A stretch of 64,000 nucleotides of DNA. Origin: Octopus vulgaris (lineage: Eukaryota). Below the pieces are notes generated by a model, which was not told the origin of the DNA, did no database searches, and saw only the letters and a list, made by a program, of their open reading frames with translations. A program made the translations under genes and the position numbers. Below are positions 38,085-52,204 of the stretch, one piece after another; position 1 is the first letter of the stretch; each line of letters starts with the position of its first letter. The stretch spans positions 52,948,001-53,012,000 of the forward strand of contig OX597819.1 of the NCBI GenBank assembly GCA_951406725.2. The letters are read 5' to 3'.

Positions 38085-38921
38085 ACTAAACCAACAATGA
38101 ATTGACTTTCTGTCCATTGCTAAAGAATTTTTCAAATCAACACTAACACCTCAAAGACGACAAGCAATTCCCAACACACCACAACAATGTCAAGTAAAAG
38201 AAATAATTAAATAATTAAAGGAAAACATAAGTGCACTGCTGAGATTCTCATTTCCTCTCATTTACATCTTATTTTAATTTGTGGCACTAAGATATAATTT
38301 GTATTTAATATGTAGCACTGGATATTGTTCTTAGAGCAGAGCATACTAGTTGGAAGTTCTGTTTGGCTTCAGTTATTTTTTTCCCCAGAACAGAGGCTAT
38401 AGTATGTTATCTCTGCAAACCTAAATAAAATGTAATCCTGACTGAAATTATTGACAATGGTTATAGTGTGGTTTCAAAATAATGACTTACATGATCTAAA
38501 ATCTTCACCTCTAAGCAACTGCGATGCATCTTTAAAAAACAAAGAATCCACCTCCACAAAATAACAACACTTTAAGGAATCTATAGCAGTAAGACAAACA
38601 GGCAGAACAGATGTAATCAGGAAAATGTGATGCAAAAGGAATGAAAGGGAGGGGGAGGACACAGGCTTTTGGCGACAGTAACTGCACTTATCATTTTTTT
38701 TTTAAAATTATTTATTCATCAAGTATTTCTTTTTTTTTTTTACTTCAGTTGCTTCTGTAAATTAGTTTAATTAGAGTGGGGAGGCATTTTTTTAATGGCT
38801 GCAATAATATGTATATGTGTGCACACATGCTGATACACATAAATATGCATTATTTCAAGTGATATATGTATGTGTCTATGTATATGTATTACATATATCT
38901 ATATGTGTATGTGTGAATGTA

Positions 38922-38981
<60 letters not shown>

Positions 38982-39287
38982 CACACACCTACATAGCAGT
39001 GTGTGTGTGTGTGTGTGTGTGCATACACAACTTCATATTGTCACCCATTAAAGTATTAAGAAGGGCAAAGAAAAAAATAAACTGGATTCTATGAAAAAGA
39101 AAAGAAAGAAAGCCAAAATGAATGATACCATCTAATGACATTGTTAGGAGATGTGTGAATAGAACAACAAAAATAAATGGGGAAAAAAAAGATAGAAGGG
39201 AAGAAGGAACTGCTTACATATGGCTGAGAACAAACAAGCATCAAACAGAAAATAATTATCAATATTAACGAAGTGATTACTGCATAT

Positions 39288-39332
<45 letters not shown>

Positions 39333-39487
39333 GATTAGTGTGTGCTTAACAGGCAGACATGTATGATGGCCCATAAACATGCTTGTTTTTGTTTTTCTTT
39401 TTCTCTACAAGACTTCAAATTGATTTAAAATTGAAATGAGCGAAAGAACATGCATGTAGAAGCATAGCTGTGTATACAAATGCAATT

Positions 39488-39521
<34 letters not shown>

Positions 39522-40285
39522 GACACACAAACACATACACACACATATATACAATGTATTTTAATGTTTACACATGCACACACACATATACATGCTCATC
39601 TAAAAATATTCTCAAGTGATATTGTTAAATGCATCAGGGATAAACATTGATAGCAATGTAGATGAAAGCATGTTTAATGGCTAGAACATTAAACAGGCTA
39701 AAGTTACAGGAAGGCTATGCTTCACTGACGAACCTTTAAAAATAAAGCAAAATGAGACTAGAGTTAGCTCCCATACTTGTGAATGAAAAAAATTAATATT
39801 AGTCATCAAGTAATAGAGTTTCTTTTTTTTTCCTTTACTGTCACTGCATATGTGTACATGCATCAGTAACTCAGTAAGAATATATTGTTCATGATTCTGG
39901 TGCACATGTTCACATGCATTCATATGTATCATGCAAGTGTACATGCAAACACAAACACATTGTGCATGTATGCAGCTCTCCTTTCATATTCTGTGTGTAT
40001 GTGTGTGTGTGTGTGTGCGCGCGCGTGCGTATGTTTTCACACTGGTGTGAATGCAATTAAGTAAAGAAAGTGCTCAATACTGTTATGTAGAGTAGAACTG
40101 AGTCTGTTTGAGTTGCTGTTGAGTACTTTTCATTCCTGATCTCTCTCTCCCTCTCTCTATTAGTATATATGTGTTGTGCGTGTGTATATGCATGCATGCA
40201 CACACACACACAAAGTAAAGTAATATGTAGTTTTGAAAATTGGAATAAGGCTAAAATGGAAGTAAATGGTCTGCTGCTGTTCTTT

Positions 40286-40394
40286 CTACTACTACTACTA
40301 CTACTACTACTACTGCTGCTGCTACTACTACTACTGCTGCTGCTACTACTACTACTGCTGCTGCTGCTGCTACTACTACTACTACTACTAGTAG

Positions 40395-40431
<37 letters not shown>
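40286..40431. repeat. Compound (CTA)/(CTG)/(TTG) trinucleotide array
   Basis: Direct inspection. It gives the poly-L/S/T/Q ORFs. Confidence 0.95.
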
Positions 40432-41499
40432 ATGATTTGACTGAGGAGAATGATAAGAAGAGCAAATCTGCAGTTTGTATCCAGTCTCAACTATCATCTA
40501 ATGGCCATTGAGAAAGCAAGGACAGGCAGGTGACAATAGCTATTACACAAACAGTCCCCTTGCACTGTGCAAACCAAATGACATTGTCCACACAAAGAAA
40601 TAGCTTTGTCTTTTTCCTGTTGTCACTCTCTCTCTCTCTCTCTCTCTCGCTGCAGTTGAGCTTGACAATCTTATGTAACATCAAGATTGCAGGCATAGCC
40701 ACTACTGCAGCTACTGTTGTTATTCAGTACCATTTACACAGTGTACTACTTGCTTGTGGCAGCACTGGTGGAAGTAAGTGGTAGTGGTGGTAAGAGTAGA
40801 GGTGACCAAGTGTGCATCTGTGGTGGTGGAGGTGGCAGTGAGGGTGATGCTGGCAGCATTGGTGTGATATAAGATTAAGTTGGTGGATGAGTGAGAGAGA
40901 GAGAGAGAGAGAGAGAGACGTGGGGTGGGAGAGAGACTGTCCCTGCTTGCTGCTGTTGCTGCAGTTGTTGTTATTCTTGCTGCTGCTATTGCTGCAGACT
41001 TTTATGTTAGTCTTCAACCTAGCATATTGATTTTGTATTAAGTGCACATCAAGAGATGTTGGCGGGGAGATACATGCAGGGAAGCAGAGCATGGAAAGAC
41101 AAAAAAAAAACATACAAAAAAAATAAACAAAAAAAGAGGATAAAATAAACGGAATAAAAAGAGAGAGAAACAGTGAGACAGGGGTGGGGCAGAGGAAGGA
41201 TGGATATATGTATATAGGTAGGCAGGTAATAATAAGCAGGGTGGGATGAACCAGATAAAGATGGAGTCGAACAGTGAGTGAAGGATGATGTGCAAGAGGA
41301 GATGACAGAGAGGAAAAAAATATATATGATGCATTAGAGTCCCTCCCATGTAGTGTGTGGGGGGTGGGGTGGGTTCTAAATAGTAGTGGAAGTTAGAGAC
41401 CTTGTTAGTGAGAGGGCACATGAATATCATATGGCAATGTATTTCCAAAGATCTGCCCAGGTGACGACCATAATTGTTAACCGCGAGGTATAAAATATA

Positions 41500-42050
41500 A
41501 ATGGAAGAGTGGGGAGGAAAGGAGATCAGGGAAATGAAGGACAAAGAAGGAAGAGATAGAGGAAGAAAGAGAAAAGCAGAAAAGGTGGGGGGGGAGAAGC
41601 CTGGAGAGGAAGTAGAAAAAGATTAGGAAGAAGAGAGCGGAAAAGAGGAGGAAAGAATAAAAAAAAAAGGAAAAGAAAAGAACAGTGAGAAACAAAGCAA
41701 AACAAGAAAAAAGAACAAAGATACAAAAATAAAAGTATAACAAGGAGAAAAGAAAAAGGAAAAGACTAAAAAGAAGAAAAGAGAGAAAGAAAAAGACGAG
41801 AAAGATGTAAAACTGAAAGAGAAGATAGACAATGAAAAGAAAGCAGGAGAAAGTATAGAATAAGAGACAAAAGATGTATATATATATAGAGAGAGAGAAG
41901 AGAAGGATGACAGAAAAGATAAAATAAAGGTTTGAATAGTGAAAGGAACAAGAATGAAGGAGAAGAGGAGAGGAAGAATGGAAGAAAAGGACTAGAATAG
42001 AATGAGAGAATGATAGATAGATAGATGGAGTGAAAGCTAGAGATGGAGGA
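41500..42050. repeat. Extended polypurine (A/G) low-complexity tract
   Basis: The plus strand is overwhelmingly A/G over ~550 bp. Confidence 0.85.
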
Positions 42051-42079
42051 CAGGTACACACACAAAATATATATATATA

Positions 42080-42454
42080 GGTGCATGAGTGGCTTTGTGG
42101 TAAGAAGCTTGCTTCCCAACGACATAGTTTCAAGTTTAGTCCCACTGCATGGCGGCTTGAGCAAGTGTCTTCTACTATAGGCTTGAGCTGACCAAAGCCT
42201 TGTGAGTGGATTTGGGAGACAGAAATTGCAAGAAGCCCATCGTGTGTGTGTGTATCTGTATGTCTGTGTTTGTCACTCCCACCATTGCCCGACAACTAAT
42301 GTTGGTGTGTTTACTTCCTTGTAACTCAGCGATTCGGCAAAGACCAATAGAATAAGTACTAGGCTTACAAAGAATAAGTCCTGGGATCAATTTGTTCAAC
42401 TAAAGGTGTTGCTCTAGCATGGCCACAGTCACATGACTGAAACAAGTAAAAGAG

Positions 42455-42457
<3 letters not shown>
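42080..42457 (+). mobile_element. SINE family A, full length
   Basis: ggtgcatgagtggctttgtggtaagaagc ... gactgaaacaagtaaaagagtaa. Confidence 0.9.
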
Positions 42458-42504
<47 letters not shown>

Positions 42505-42508
<4 letters not shown>

Positions 42509-43268
42509 GTTGAGTAAAAAGTAAGCAACATTTTGAACCATGAAGAATTTGTACTAGAGTTTTGCAGAGTTTTGAATTTTTCTAAAACAATCTTTTTGCA
42601 ATTGTCTGATAATACAGATAAAGACTTTCCCAAATGCATCAATAAATTAACATTGATATTTTTTTTCACTGTCGTTACAATCATAAGAAATGGAACTGTC
42701 AAAGCATGATATTCAAGCAATTTTGCTATTCAACTTCAAAAAAGGATGTAAAACAGCTGAAACTGCTCATGATATCACCGAAATGTTTGGTGAGGAAATG
42801 ACCAGTGAGTGGTCAGCTCGAAAATGGTTTAAACTGTTTTGCAAAGACCTGAGCCTTGAAGAACATGAGCATAGTGGATGTCCATCTGTCATCAATGATG
42901 GTCAATTAAAGACCATTATTGAGAAAGATCCACGTAAATCCACTCGAGAATTGGCAAAATAACTTGAAGTAAGCCAGAACACTACCTGCAACCATTTGCA
43001 TGTGATTGGAAACTCAAAAAAGCTCAACAAATTACTACACGATTTGAATGAAAATCAGAAAATGTGCAGATATGAACTTAGCTCATCACTTCATCTCTGT
43101 AACCAGATTGATCCATTTCTCAACCATATTGTAACTTGCAATGAAAAGTGGATTCTGTACAATAATAGAAAATGTTCTTTGCAGTGGTTGGACAAAATTG
43201 AAGCACTGAAAACCTTCCCTAAACCCAAGCTCTTCAAACATAAGGTTATGGTGACTGTTTGGTGGTGT
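42505..43268 (+). pseudogene. Mariner (Hsmar1/cecropia-like) transposon 5' half; transposase pseudogene
   Basis: TIR tcaggttgagtaaaaagtaagcaac follows a TA tract. ORF 42690 has the HTH region (MELSKHDIQAILLFNFKKG...ARKWFK) and then IVTCNEKWILYNN...PKPKLFKHKVMVTVWW (first catalytic D changed to N). It has a stop at ~42960, a frameshift, an eroded WVPHEL linker, and is truncated after VWW. Confidence 0.92.
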
Positions 43269-43740
43269 ACCCCCCATATATTCATCAGAATCACCATTGA
43301 CATCATCACCTTTAAGTGGATAGAGGTAGGATGGTGTCTTCAGATGCTGTGGTGTTGTTCATGTCAGTGATTGCAATGATAGACATGCTAGAGGTGATGG
43401 TGAAGTTGGAGATGATGCGGAATTGGGTAATGAACCTGGATATGTTGGTAACAATGGTAAGTGATGATGAAAATCCTAGTGATGGTGATGATGGAAGTGG
43501 TCTCAATTTGGTGGTGGAGGTCTTGATAGTGATGATGGCAGTTGTGATAGATGATAGAAAGGTAGAAAGCAATGATGATACTGATGATGATGATGATGGA
43601 GCTTTGTGGGGATGATAATGGAGGTGGTCAGCACTGTGGTGGTAGTAGTGGAGGTGTTGAAGGTGATGATGTCAATGAAGATTCTGACGAATGCATGGGA
43701 GGCAGTGGTGGTGATGATGATACACCACTGATTGTTGTGT

Positions 43741-44000
43741 GAGGGTGCATGGCTCAGTGGTTAGGGCTGTTGCACTCACAATCTCACATTCATGGTTTCA
43801 ATCTCTGGATCAGGTGGTGCATTGTGTTCTTGACATTGCTCTGTGAGCACTTCAGTACTTCACATGTGGTACACTGTGCACTTGCTCGGGCAACATCAGT
43901 TTGATGCAGAGAGTGAGCACATATATTTGATCAGCACATATATTTTATCACTATAAACGAATCATTTGCACAGGTTGTTCAGCAAGAAATTGCAGAACAG
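43741..44000 (+). mobile_element. tRNA-derived SINE (family C-related head)
   Basis: gagggtgcatggctcagtggttagggctgttgcactc...ggtttcaatctc (A and B boxes). A similar head occurs at ~15110-15220. Confidence 0.65.
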
Positions 44001-44689
44001 CCTTTCTCAAACTACAAGGGACTTACCATCACTATTTTAGTTGTGGTGAAGTTGTGGTGGAGGTGAGAGAGAAGTATTAAGAGGCACTGTTAGGGAATGT
44101 TAAGAGATCCACTCATATAAGAAAGACTTATTTCTTTTCTCTTTTTTACTGGTCCTGGTCCACCATCCCTGAGCAAGTAGATTGAGGTGAAGGTTTTATA
44201 CTAGAACTAACTAACTACATCATACATAATAATCTCTCTCAATTTTGAGGCTGGCCTTCAGTTTAGCTGACCAAATTGATAACTGAAAGGAATCAAAACT
44301 AGCTTGTCGATTGTATGCAATACACACAACATGATTTTTAAAAAAAGCAGGGTCATAAGCATACAGAGAGTAAAGAAAGCATGAAAAGGAATCGTTATGT
44401 TTATAAAATTTTCATAATTTCAATATGCATGTGTACAAGCGTGCACGTGTGTGTGTGCAAGTGCGCATGTGTGCGCGCACATTCACGTGTACATATGAGC
44501 TTAATGGGTATGGAAGAAGGGATCTATTTATTCAATAACTATGTAAATGCTAAAGATTACTAATTCACCTCAGCACATACACAGGGAACCATCCACCACA
44601 TTATATACACACTCACGTACATTGATTATTGAGAAATTTTTTCTAGTGCAGGTCACAGATGAAGGTATGTAAATAACAATGATAATTCT

Positions 44690-44879
44690 ATTTTTAATAC
44701 AAGCACAAAGCAATTAGTCCGTTAAATGAACCATAGTACTTAACTGGTACATTACTTACTGGGCCCCAGAAAGGGATGAAAGGCAAAGTCAACTTCAGTG
44801 GGGTTTGTACTCAGAATATAAAGAACCAGAAGAAATGTTACAAGGCATTTTGTCCAACATGCTAATGAATCTACCAACC
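44690..44879 (-). mobile_element. SINE family B
   Basis: ggatgaaaggcaaagtcaacttcagtggggtttgtactcagaat...catgctaatgaatctacc. Confidence 0.75.

Positions 44880-44880
<1 letters not shown>

Positions 44881-44939
<59 letters not shown>
44881..44939. repeat. (AAT)n microsatellite
   Basis: Direct inspection. Confidence 0.97.
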
Positions 44940-44942
<3 letters not shown>

Positions 44943-45283
44943 GAGTGCTCAGAGAATGCAAACCTCTGCCAAGACAATACCATGTCCTCTCGACGGTTAG
45001 CTGGAGATGATTTTTAAAATGAGAATATCTGAAATAAATCTGACTGCTCTCACAAATGAGAATACTAAAAATGAACCTGACCGCTCTCAAAAATTAAGTA
45101 AAAAAACTAGAAAAATCATCCAGAATCCTTGTCTGGTACCTGATCGATCCCAAAGGTAGTCATGGAATGTGAAGATGACTGTACAAAATTTAGTAACAGT
45201 AATAAATAGCTTATCCTTATCTAATACAAGCCAAAGTTAACAAATTCACCATTCAAAATAGTTTCAGAGGCGGAGGTAGTAAT
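44938..45283 (+). mobile_element. Non-autonomous Helentron-associated (HINE/DINE-1-like) element
   Basis: Starts aacaagagtgctcagagaatgcaaACCTCTGCC, with an inverted subterminal copy GGCGGAGGT at 45269-45277. No TSD, inserted in an AAT run. Confidence 0.6.
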
Positions 45284-45420
45284 AAGTTCTACTCAGGAAT
45301 TTTTAAATGAATAGCATGGGACCTTTTGGTTTTCTCTTCTCTTAAATTCCAGCCTTATTCCTGTTGTTTTATATTGATGTATAGATGTATGTATATATGT
45401 AAGCATACTGTAAAGGGATA

Positions 45421-45468
<48 letters not shown>

Positions 45469-45699
45469 AATAAAAATATGCTAGTGTTATTTAAATTCTG
45501 AATGGTTTTGCTGCCATTTGTTTATGTAGTTTGATTTCTATATCCATCAGTTTCTGGTAAGATAGAGATGCGATTAAAATTAATAATAGAGAAACAAGAA
45601 TAAAACTTTGGAAACAGCCTAAAGGGAAATAATTAAGAAAGACTTGAAAGTCAATGCAAGATTGTAATCATGTAAAGTAAATATAACAAATAATCTAAA

Positions 45700-45880
45700 A
45701 TGCTTGTCTGGTAGGGAATCGATCCCAAAATCTAATCAGCTTGTGTCAGTCATGAGGCGAAACATCCCTGAAAGTTTCATCCGAATCCATACAGCGGTCC
45801 TTGAGATATCTTGTCCACGGACAAGCAAATAAACATGACTGAAAATAATACCTCCGCCTTCGCTAAGGCAGAGGAAATAA
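45700..45880 (+). mobile_element. Second HINE-like element, 3' part with terminal hairpin
   Basis: Shares cttgtctggta....atcgatcccaaa with 45129-45153. Ends in the hairpin cctccgcctt-cgct-aaggcagagg (45851-45874), then (AAT)n. Confidence 0.65.
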
Positions 45881-47689
45881 TAATAATAATAATAATAATA
45901 ATTGGGGAAAGGAAGGGTCAGTACCATTGACTCCAGTACTTGTTGTCATTTACTTAATTTTATCAACCCTCGAGTGATGAAAAACAACTTTGACTTTGGG
46001 CAGGATTTGAGCACAGAACCTTTAAAGCCAGACGAAGTACTGATGATCCTCCCAATCCACCGACTTAACAGCAACAGTAATAATAATATACTACAATTCC
46101 CATCACTGCCACCTCATCAACGACCATTCTGAGTATTATAGCACCTTAAAATAAACACAAAGCTAGACTGTTTCCCACCACTATCATGACATACACCTAG
46201 TATGACTGGTTTTGTAAACAAACTTTGATTACTGAACTTGGTGGCACAATATAATGGAGATCAAAAACAAGAAGAGGAGAAGGGGGTGAGCAGCAAAGTT
46301 AATATCATATTTCAACAATATCAACTGCCTCTAAACAGACACAAGCCAGATTATGTAAAAAGGGCCAGCTGTGGTTAAACATTCCCACCCAGTTTGGAGT
46401 GAATGCCAAGCACTTCCTGTTCTGCCAACAGAGAGAAACACAGTTGGCTAATATTAACCAGCCAAAACAATTACAATTAAACATTTTGGTACAACAGTAG
46501 CAGAATAATTGTTGTAGTTGAGTTAAATTTCATAAATATATTTAAAGATCTGATTTTTTTTTCATATTGGGGGTATAGCAATAATATTACAAGAATGGGG
46601 TATGATGCTTGAGTCAGTCAGCTTATTTTACTTTACTGACTTGTCATATGACCCTAGTACTTATTTTCTAGACTCCAAGTATAGCACTGACAATTAGGCA
46701 GCATTTGGAGATCTGAAAAGTTAAAATTACCTTCAGCTGGATTTCAACATAGAATGTAAAGGGACAAAATCTTAACACTAATAGGGATCTTTTTGCTTAT
46801 TTCATTTTTTTTAGCACAAGATCCTTAAAATGTTGGGGTTAATAAATCAAATAACAAAACTAATACATAATTTTCTCAAGGGTATTTAGGCAAAGTTTTC
46901 AAAGAAAAAAAAATTCTATTGAGGACTTCAGGTTAATAGGGACCTTATAGTTCACCCTGCTGCTGTCACCCAAATTTATCCCTAAATTTGTCCTGTTTAC
47001 CTCACACAAATTTGTTTATGATCACCACCATTTACAGGGATGGAGTATATTTGATTAAATGAACTGCAACATATTTTATCAACTGCAAGTATAGTCCTTG
47101 TACTTCTTGTATAGTCTCTCAGTATAACACTGGTAATTATTTAATCAATACTCCAAGGGAAGGAAAATAAAACAAAATTAAATCTAGTTGCATTTGAACT
47201 CAGAACATAAAGTTGCAAAACCGGAATGCTAGTTTTCTTGATAGACTGCCCAGTTACATCGATGGGAACATGGGCAACTATAATAGTTCCTAACACAGAT
47301 ACAAGACCGCTCAAATTGTTGGAAGACACAGTTACTTTAAACCCTCAAACTTGACTGGTTTATTGAATGCAGAAAGATAAGAGGCAAAGCTGACACAATG
47401 GCATTTGAATTAATAACAATGAAGAAAATTGAAATTCTGTTGATCAAACAACTAAATATTCATCGTCAAAATCAACTGCTTATTGAATCAGCATGTGAAT
47501 GGTTGAGTATTCCATAGTTATCCAGTACTCTCAACACAACTTCAAGCAGAATCAATGAGACACAGCATGTGAGCAGACTAGATCTTTGAATTACAGGTAC
47601 AATCCACCCACTGGTCTTCTGCAAAGTTTTCACCAATCCAGTTTTCACATGCATGGCTTGGGTTGACTAATAATGATGCAAACAGTAAT

Positions 47690-47878
47690 AAATGTTTCAA
47701 ATTTTGGCACAAGGTCAGCAACTTTAGTGGCAGTGCGCAACTGGTACTTCTTTTATCAAGCCAAGAAGGACAAGAGGCAAAGCTAACCTCAGCAGAATTT
47801 GAACTCAAAACATAAAAGACAGCTGAAACGCCACTAACCATTTTGTCCAGCATGCTAGCAATTCTGCAAGTTTGCCAT
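47690..47878 (-). mobile_element. SINE family B
   Basis: tttcaaattttggcacaaggtcagcaa...ggcaaagctaacctcagcagaatttgaactc...catgctagcaattctgcaag. Confidence 0.75.
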
Positions 47879-49193
47879 CTTAATACTGACAATAATAATA
47901 AAAACAATAATTATAAACTGACAATAAACACCCTGTCCGTCGAAGATTGCATCAAATATAAATAAGTATATTTTGATCAATGGGATCATGGATAATTGCT
48001 GAACTCTCTTGGATGAGAAAACAGAAAACAAGAGAAAAAAAACAAAAAAATTTTAACCCTCATCAAAACTATTCTCACCACAGAAATGTTTAAAGAGAGA
48101 AAGAAAACAGAAAAACATACAACATATTTAAGATAATGCAATATGCAAATACACTCCACCCATCCACCAACACAAATCCTATTCAGCCATGTATCTGCCC
48201 ATTCCTGATATTGCTGTTATCAGCTGCTGTTGTATTTGTTCTTGTTGTAGCTATACAGAAATTAAATATATTAAGGCAGAAGAAAGGATGCATCATAGAT
48301 TACAGCAGATTTTATGCTAAGATTTGGTTACTTAGGCAATAAATCTATATTTGAATGTTAGCTACACAAACCCACACATAAACGCATACATACAATAAGC
48401 ATGCACACATACACCAAAGTTCTCTACCACAGTAGGTATTAATGCCATTTTTATGCAAGGCTACACTTTTCTATCAGATATTATATTACAAGATTACATA
48501 CATGTGTGAGTATCATATATATATATATATATGTATATATATCTTATTCACATATATACCTACATATACACACATACTTATAGGCATACCTCTTACACAT
48601 GCATATATTGCATACATATATGTATAGTATGTATATACATATATACACATACACACACTACGCCCCATTACAACCATCCCATCCCACACAGACAGAGGGA
48701 AGCTTTAATACAGTTCTTACATTTAATTATAGATATCTATCGACATGTAATTTTCAAAATAGATAAGCTATTCTTTAATAACATACATTACATAGGCAAG
48801 CATTGATCCCACTGAAATGTTAGAATATAATCAGCATCTGAGCAAAGACTAGTTTTATTCCAACAGTGTTATACTTACAACATCATTAGGCTCCACATGA
48901 AACTGTGTGCGTGTGTGTGAGTGAGTGTGAAAGGGAGAGAGATAGAGAGGGAGGGAGAGAGTAGAAATGCATATCTGTGTTTATGTATGTGTGCATATAC
49001 AAGAGCATACATGCATCTAGGTGTGACATATGAATATACTGAGTGAAGAAAACACTTGACTGTTCAGTTGATGCGGAATTGAGCTAGTAGGCCTAAGAAT
49101 AACAGTATGCAGTAGTTAAACAAATAGGTCTTTGAGAAAGGAAGAATGAAGGTCAGAGAAAAGTAGGGCTATGTGAAGTCAGCTTTCATAATG

Positions 49194-49232
<39 letters not shown>

Positions 49233-52204
49233 ATGATGATGATATATAAAATCAGAACAAATAATTGACCCAAAAAGTTGATGAATGAAAACAAAAGGGA
49301 AGTTTTCTATAGTTATTTGGTTAGTATTTAAATGTATTTTGCACTATTATGCACTATAGTTATTGGTGGTTTCTGAGACGTATTCTGTAGCTACATGCTT
49401 ATTTGCTGGAACATATTACTAATACATTTGAATTGATTTTGTTTATTTTATGATTCATGGATTGCCAAGCATATGACTTGAATGTCCTAATAATTCACTA
49501 AAAGTAGTTGGACATGTAATTCTCAGTGTTAAGTATTTAGACTTTTAAGCTTCAGTAGTTTCTGGAAGTACCAAAAGCAGACACTCAAGGAACAACTGAA
49601 GAAAACTGTGACAAAAACAATGGTACCACTTTTTTTTTTGCAGGGTTGGACTTCTTGAATGACTACCAATCTTCAATAATCAAATTACTATATTAACTCA
49701 TGCACTATGTTATACTTGATTTTAACTGAAAAAAACTAAGGAGCAGCTTATACAAGTGGCAAAGCTGATATCAGGTGTGAATATAAGGAGAAAAAATTTT
49801 GTACCATGAATTAATAGCAAACTAAGAGTGTGACTTATATATGAGTAAATACAGTATTTTCAAACTATATTTTTATCAGACCAATCTATAGTGTTTCATC
49901 TATGGAATCATCTATTTCAATCTACTCCAATACTACTTGTTCCTGACCATTTCATCCACATTTCCATACTGGATATACGTTCATCTACTGAGTGCCAACC
50001 ACCAACTCGTATCATTCACTGCGTCACTAAAATGATGTATCAGTCAGATCCTGGGGTCAGTTAGTTAACTCACCTCTTCCTCCCATATTTTGCTGGTCTC
50101 ATGACTAGTCAGAAAATAAAAATCATTTCCAAAAAAATGTTTCTCAGCTGCAATGGCTGATGACACTGATATTCATTCCATCTGTCCTGCACACCACTCA
50201 CCCAGAACATCCAAACATTTTACCTTTCAGATTTCTTTTACATACCAAGTGGTTAGATTTAACAGCCACATGATATAGCAATTTTGGTACATAGTTTACG
50301 TTTAACACAAAGAGAGAATCCCTTTCTGGTGCAGTATACAGACATTACACATACATACATGCACACATGTACATGCATATATGCACACAGTGCAATGCAA
50401 TACAACACACATCACAGCAGATGCATTATAATTCTTACTAGATATAATTCATTGCACACCCATTATCAAGATAAAAATGCAGTTATCTCAAAGATTTTGT
50501 CCTTCCTATGTTTTCTTTTAGTGTCAACTGAGTTTTTAAAAATGATTTCGAAAGAAGAAACAAACAAATTGTTGAAGTGAAATTTATCAAGAATTGCTTC
50601 TCTTTCTTTTTTTTTCCAACAATAGCCAAATCTATTGTTTCATTTTGTAAACTCTTGCTGTTAGAAAAGGCATGAAAATACACAGCTTCCACTTTATCAT
50701 AGGGATGCTATATGTCTTATTAAGAGATCCTTATTGTTACAAAGTTCTCTCTGATTTCATTTATAATGCTGTCTGCTCGGTATCTCTGTGTTTGTTTTCT
50801 TAAGATTAATATGGGTTGGATAGGTAGGAAGATTTGAATGTTTGCTACAATTATTGGAAGAGGAGAGAGTAAATGGCAAGGCAGTGTTTAGTAAATAAAA
50901 TAAATATGACTTGTATAAATACGGTATTTGATACTACGCCAGTGTTTAATAAATTGATAAAACCACAAGCTCAATATAATCCGAGATAAGAAATTTGAAA
51001 AATCTATAGCAGAATGTCTGGTCGACATATTCTCAATAATTTGGTAACAGGTTTCAGATCCTAAGTCACACAGACTTTACATTTTGAATAATCCAGTCGA
51101 CTGAAGCAGATTTATTGAAATAACCAATGAGAAATGTGGGAGGACAAATAATGCACTACCCTTTCTACTTAACTAAGGAAGATTAGGTGACGGTTATTAT
51201 TAAGAAATAGACAAACTGATAATAAAGCAGAAGGAAATAGGTTTCCACTTGTATGTACATGTCAATAACTATTGATATATATACACACTATTGGTTGACT
51301 AACAAGTGATATGAAATATGACAACTGTAAACCATCAGTAATCATATTTTAATGTAGACAGGATACAACTGAAGAAGTCAATTATATCTTTGTAGAGGCA
51401 TAGCTGTGTGGATGCTGAGTTCACATTGTTCCTACATGGTTTTAAGTTCCATCTCACCGTATGCCACACTGGGAAAGTATCTCCTACAGTAGTTTCTGGC
51501 CTTGTAAGTAGAAATGGAAGCTGGAATGTAAATGGAATCACATCATAGGAAGTGTGTATGCATGTGACCATGAATATATGTCTGTATGACTGCTTGCATT
51601 CCATGTCTTTACACGAAAAGTGTTGAGCTTTATGCTTTTGAAAACAAGTATAATAAGAAAAATTTGTAAATCAGGTAAGGGTGAGCAAGAGGAAAGGCAT
51701 CCAGCTGCAAAACTATGCCTCAATGCATATTCATATAGTCGATGCTATCATGAAAAAATGAGCATAAAACAAATTATACTGATTGGGTATTGTACTATCA
51801 CTGGCTCTTTTCTGTGACCAAGGTCAGCGACACAACTCTTTGTGGCCCAGCTTGCCTAGAACTGATACTAGGAGTTGATACAGTTCATTGTAGGTGACAG
51901 CAACATCTATATTATTTTCAATTAATTTTTGAGAGAAAGGAATCACTTCTATGTATTTTCCATTTGAAGCCCAGAAATCATCTGTCTTACTAGAAATTCA
52001 ATACATTTGCAATCCCTTTACCGGTAATAAAACAACAGTATACATAATTAGAAGTTAACACTTACCAATAATTCTTCTGAGCTATGTGCTTCTGTGCACA
52101 TGTTTTACAACTAATGTACAAAGGAATAATTGAGTGCATATAAGGTAGGTTTTCAAAATGAACTTATCTAGTTGTATAAGTTCATGATAAAATCTTTAAA
52201 AATT

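Noticed and set aside
40057-40497. Poly-T/S, poly-L and poly-Q ORFs
   Set aside because: These are triplet-repeat readouts in several frames with no flanking domain or splice support.
41477-42295. Longest ORF (272 aa, F/L/S-rich, looks like a membrane protein)
   Set aside because: It starts inside an antisense SINE and continues through the complement of a polypurine tract, which lacks stops for compositional reasons.
43312-43720. D/G/V/M-rich ORFs after the mariner
   Set aside because: Decayed GAT/GGT trinucleotide low-complexity sequence, with stops in the most protein-like frame.
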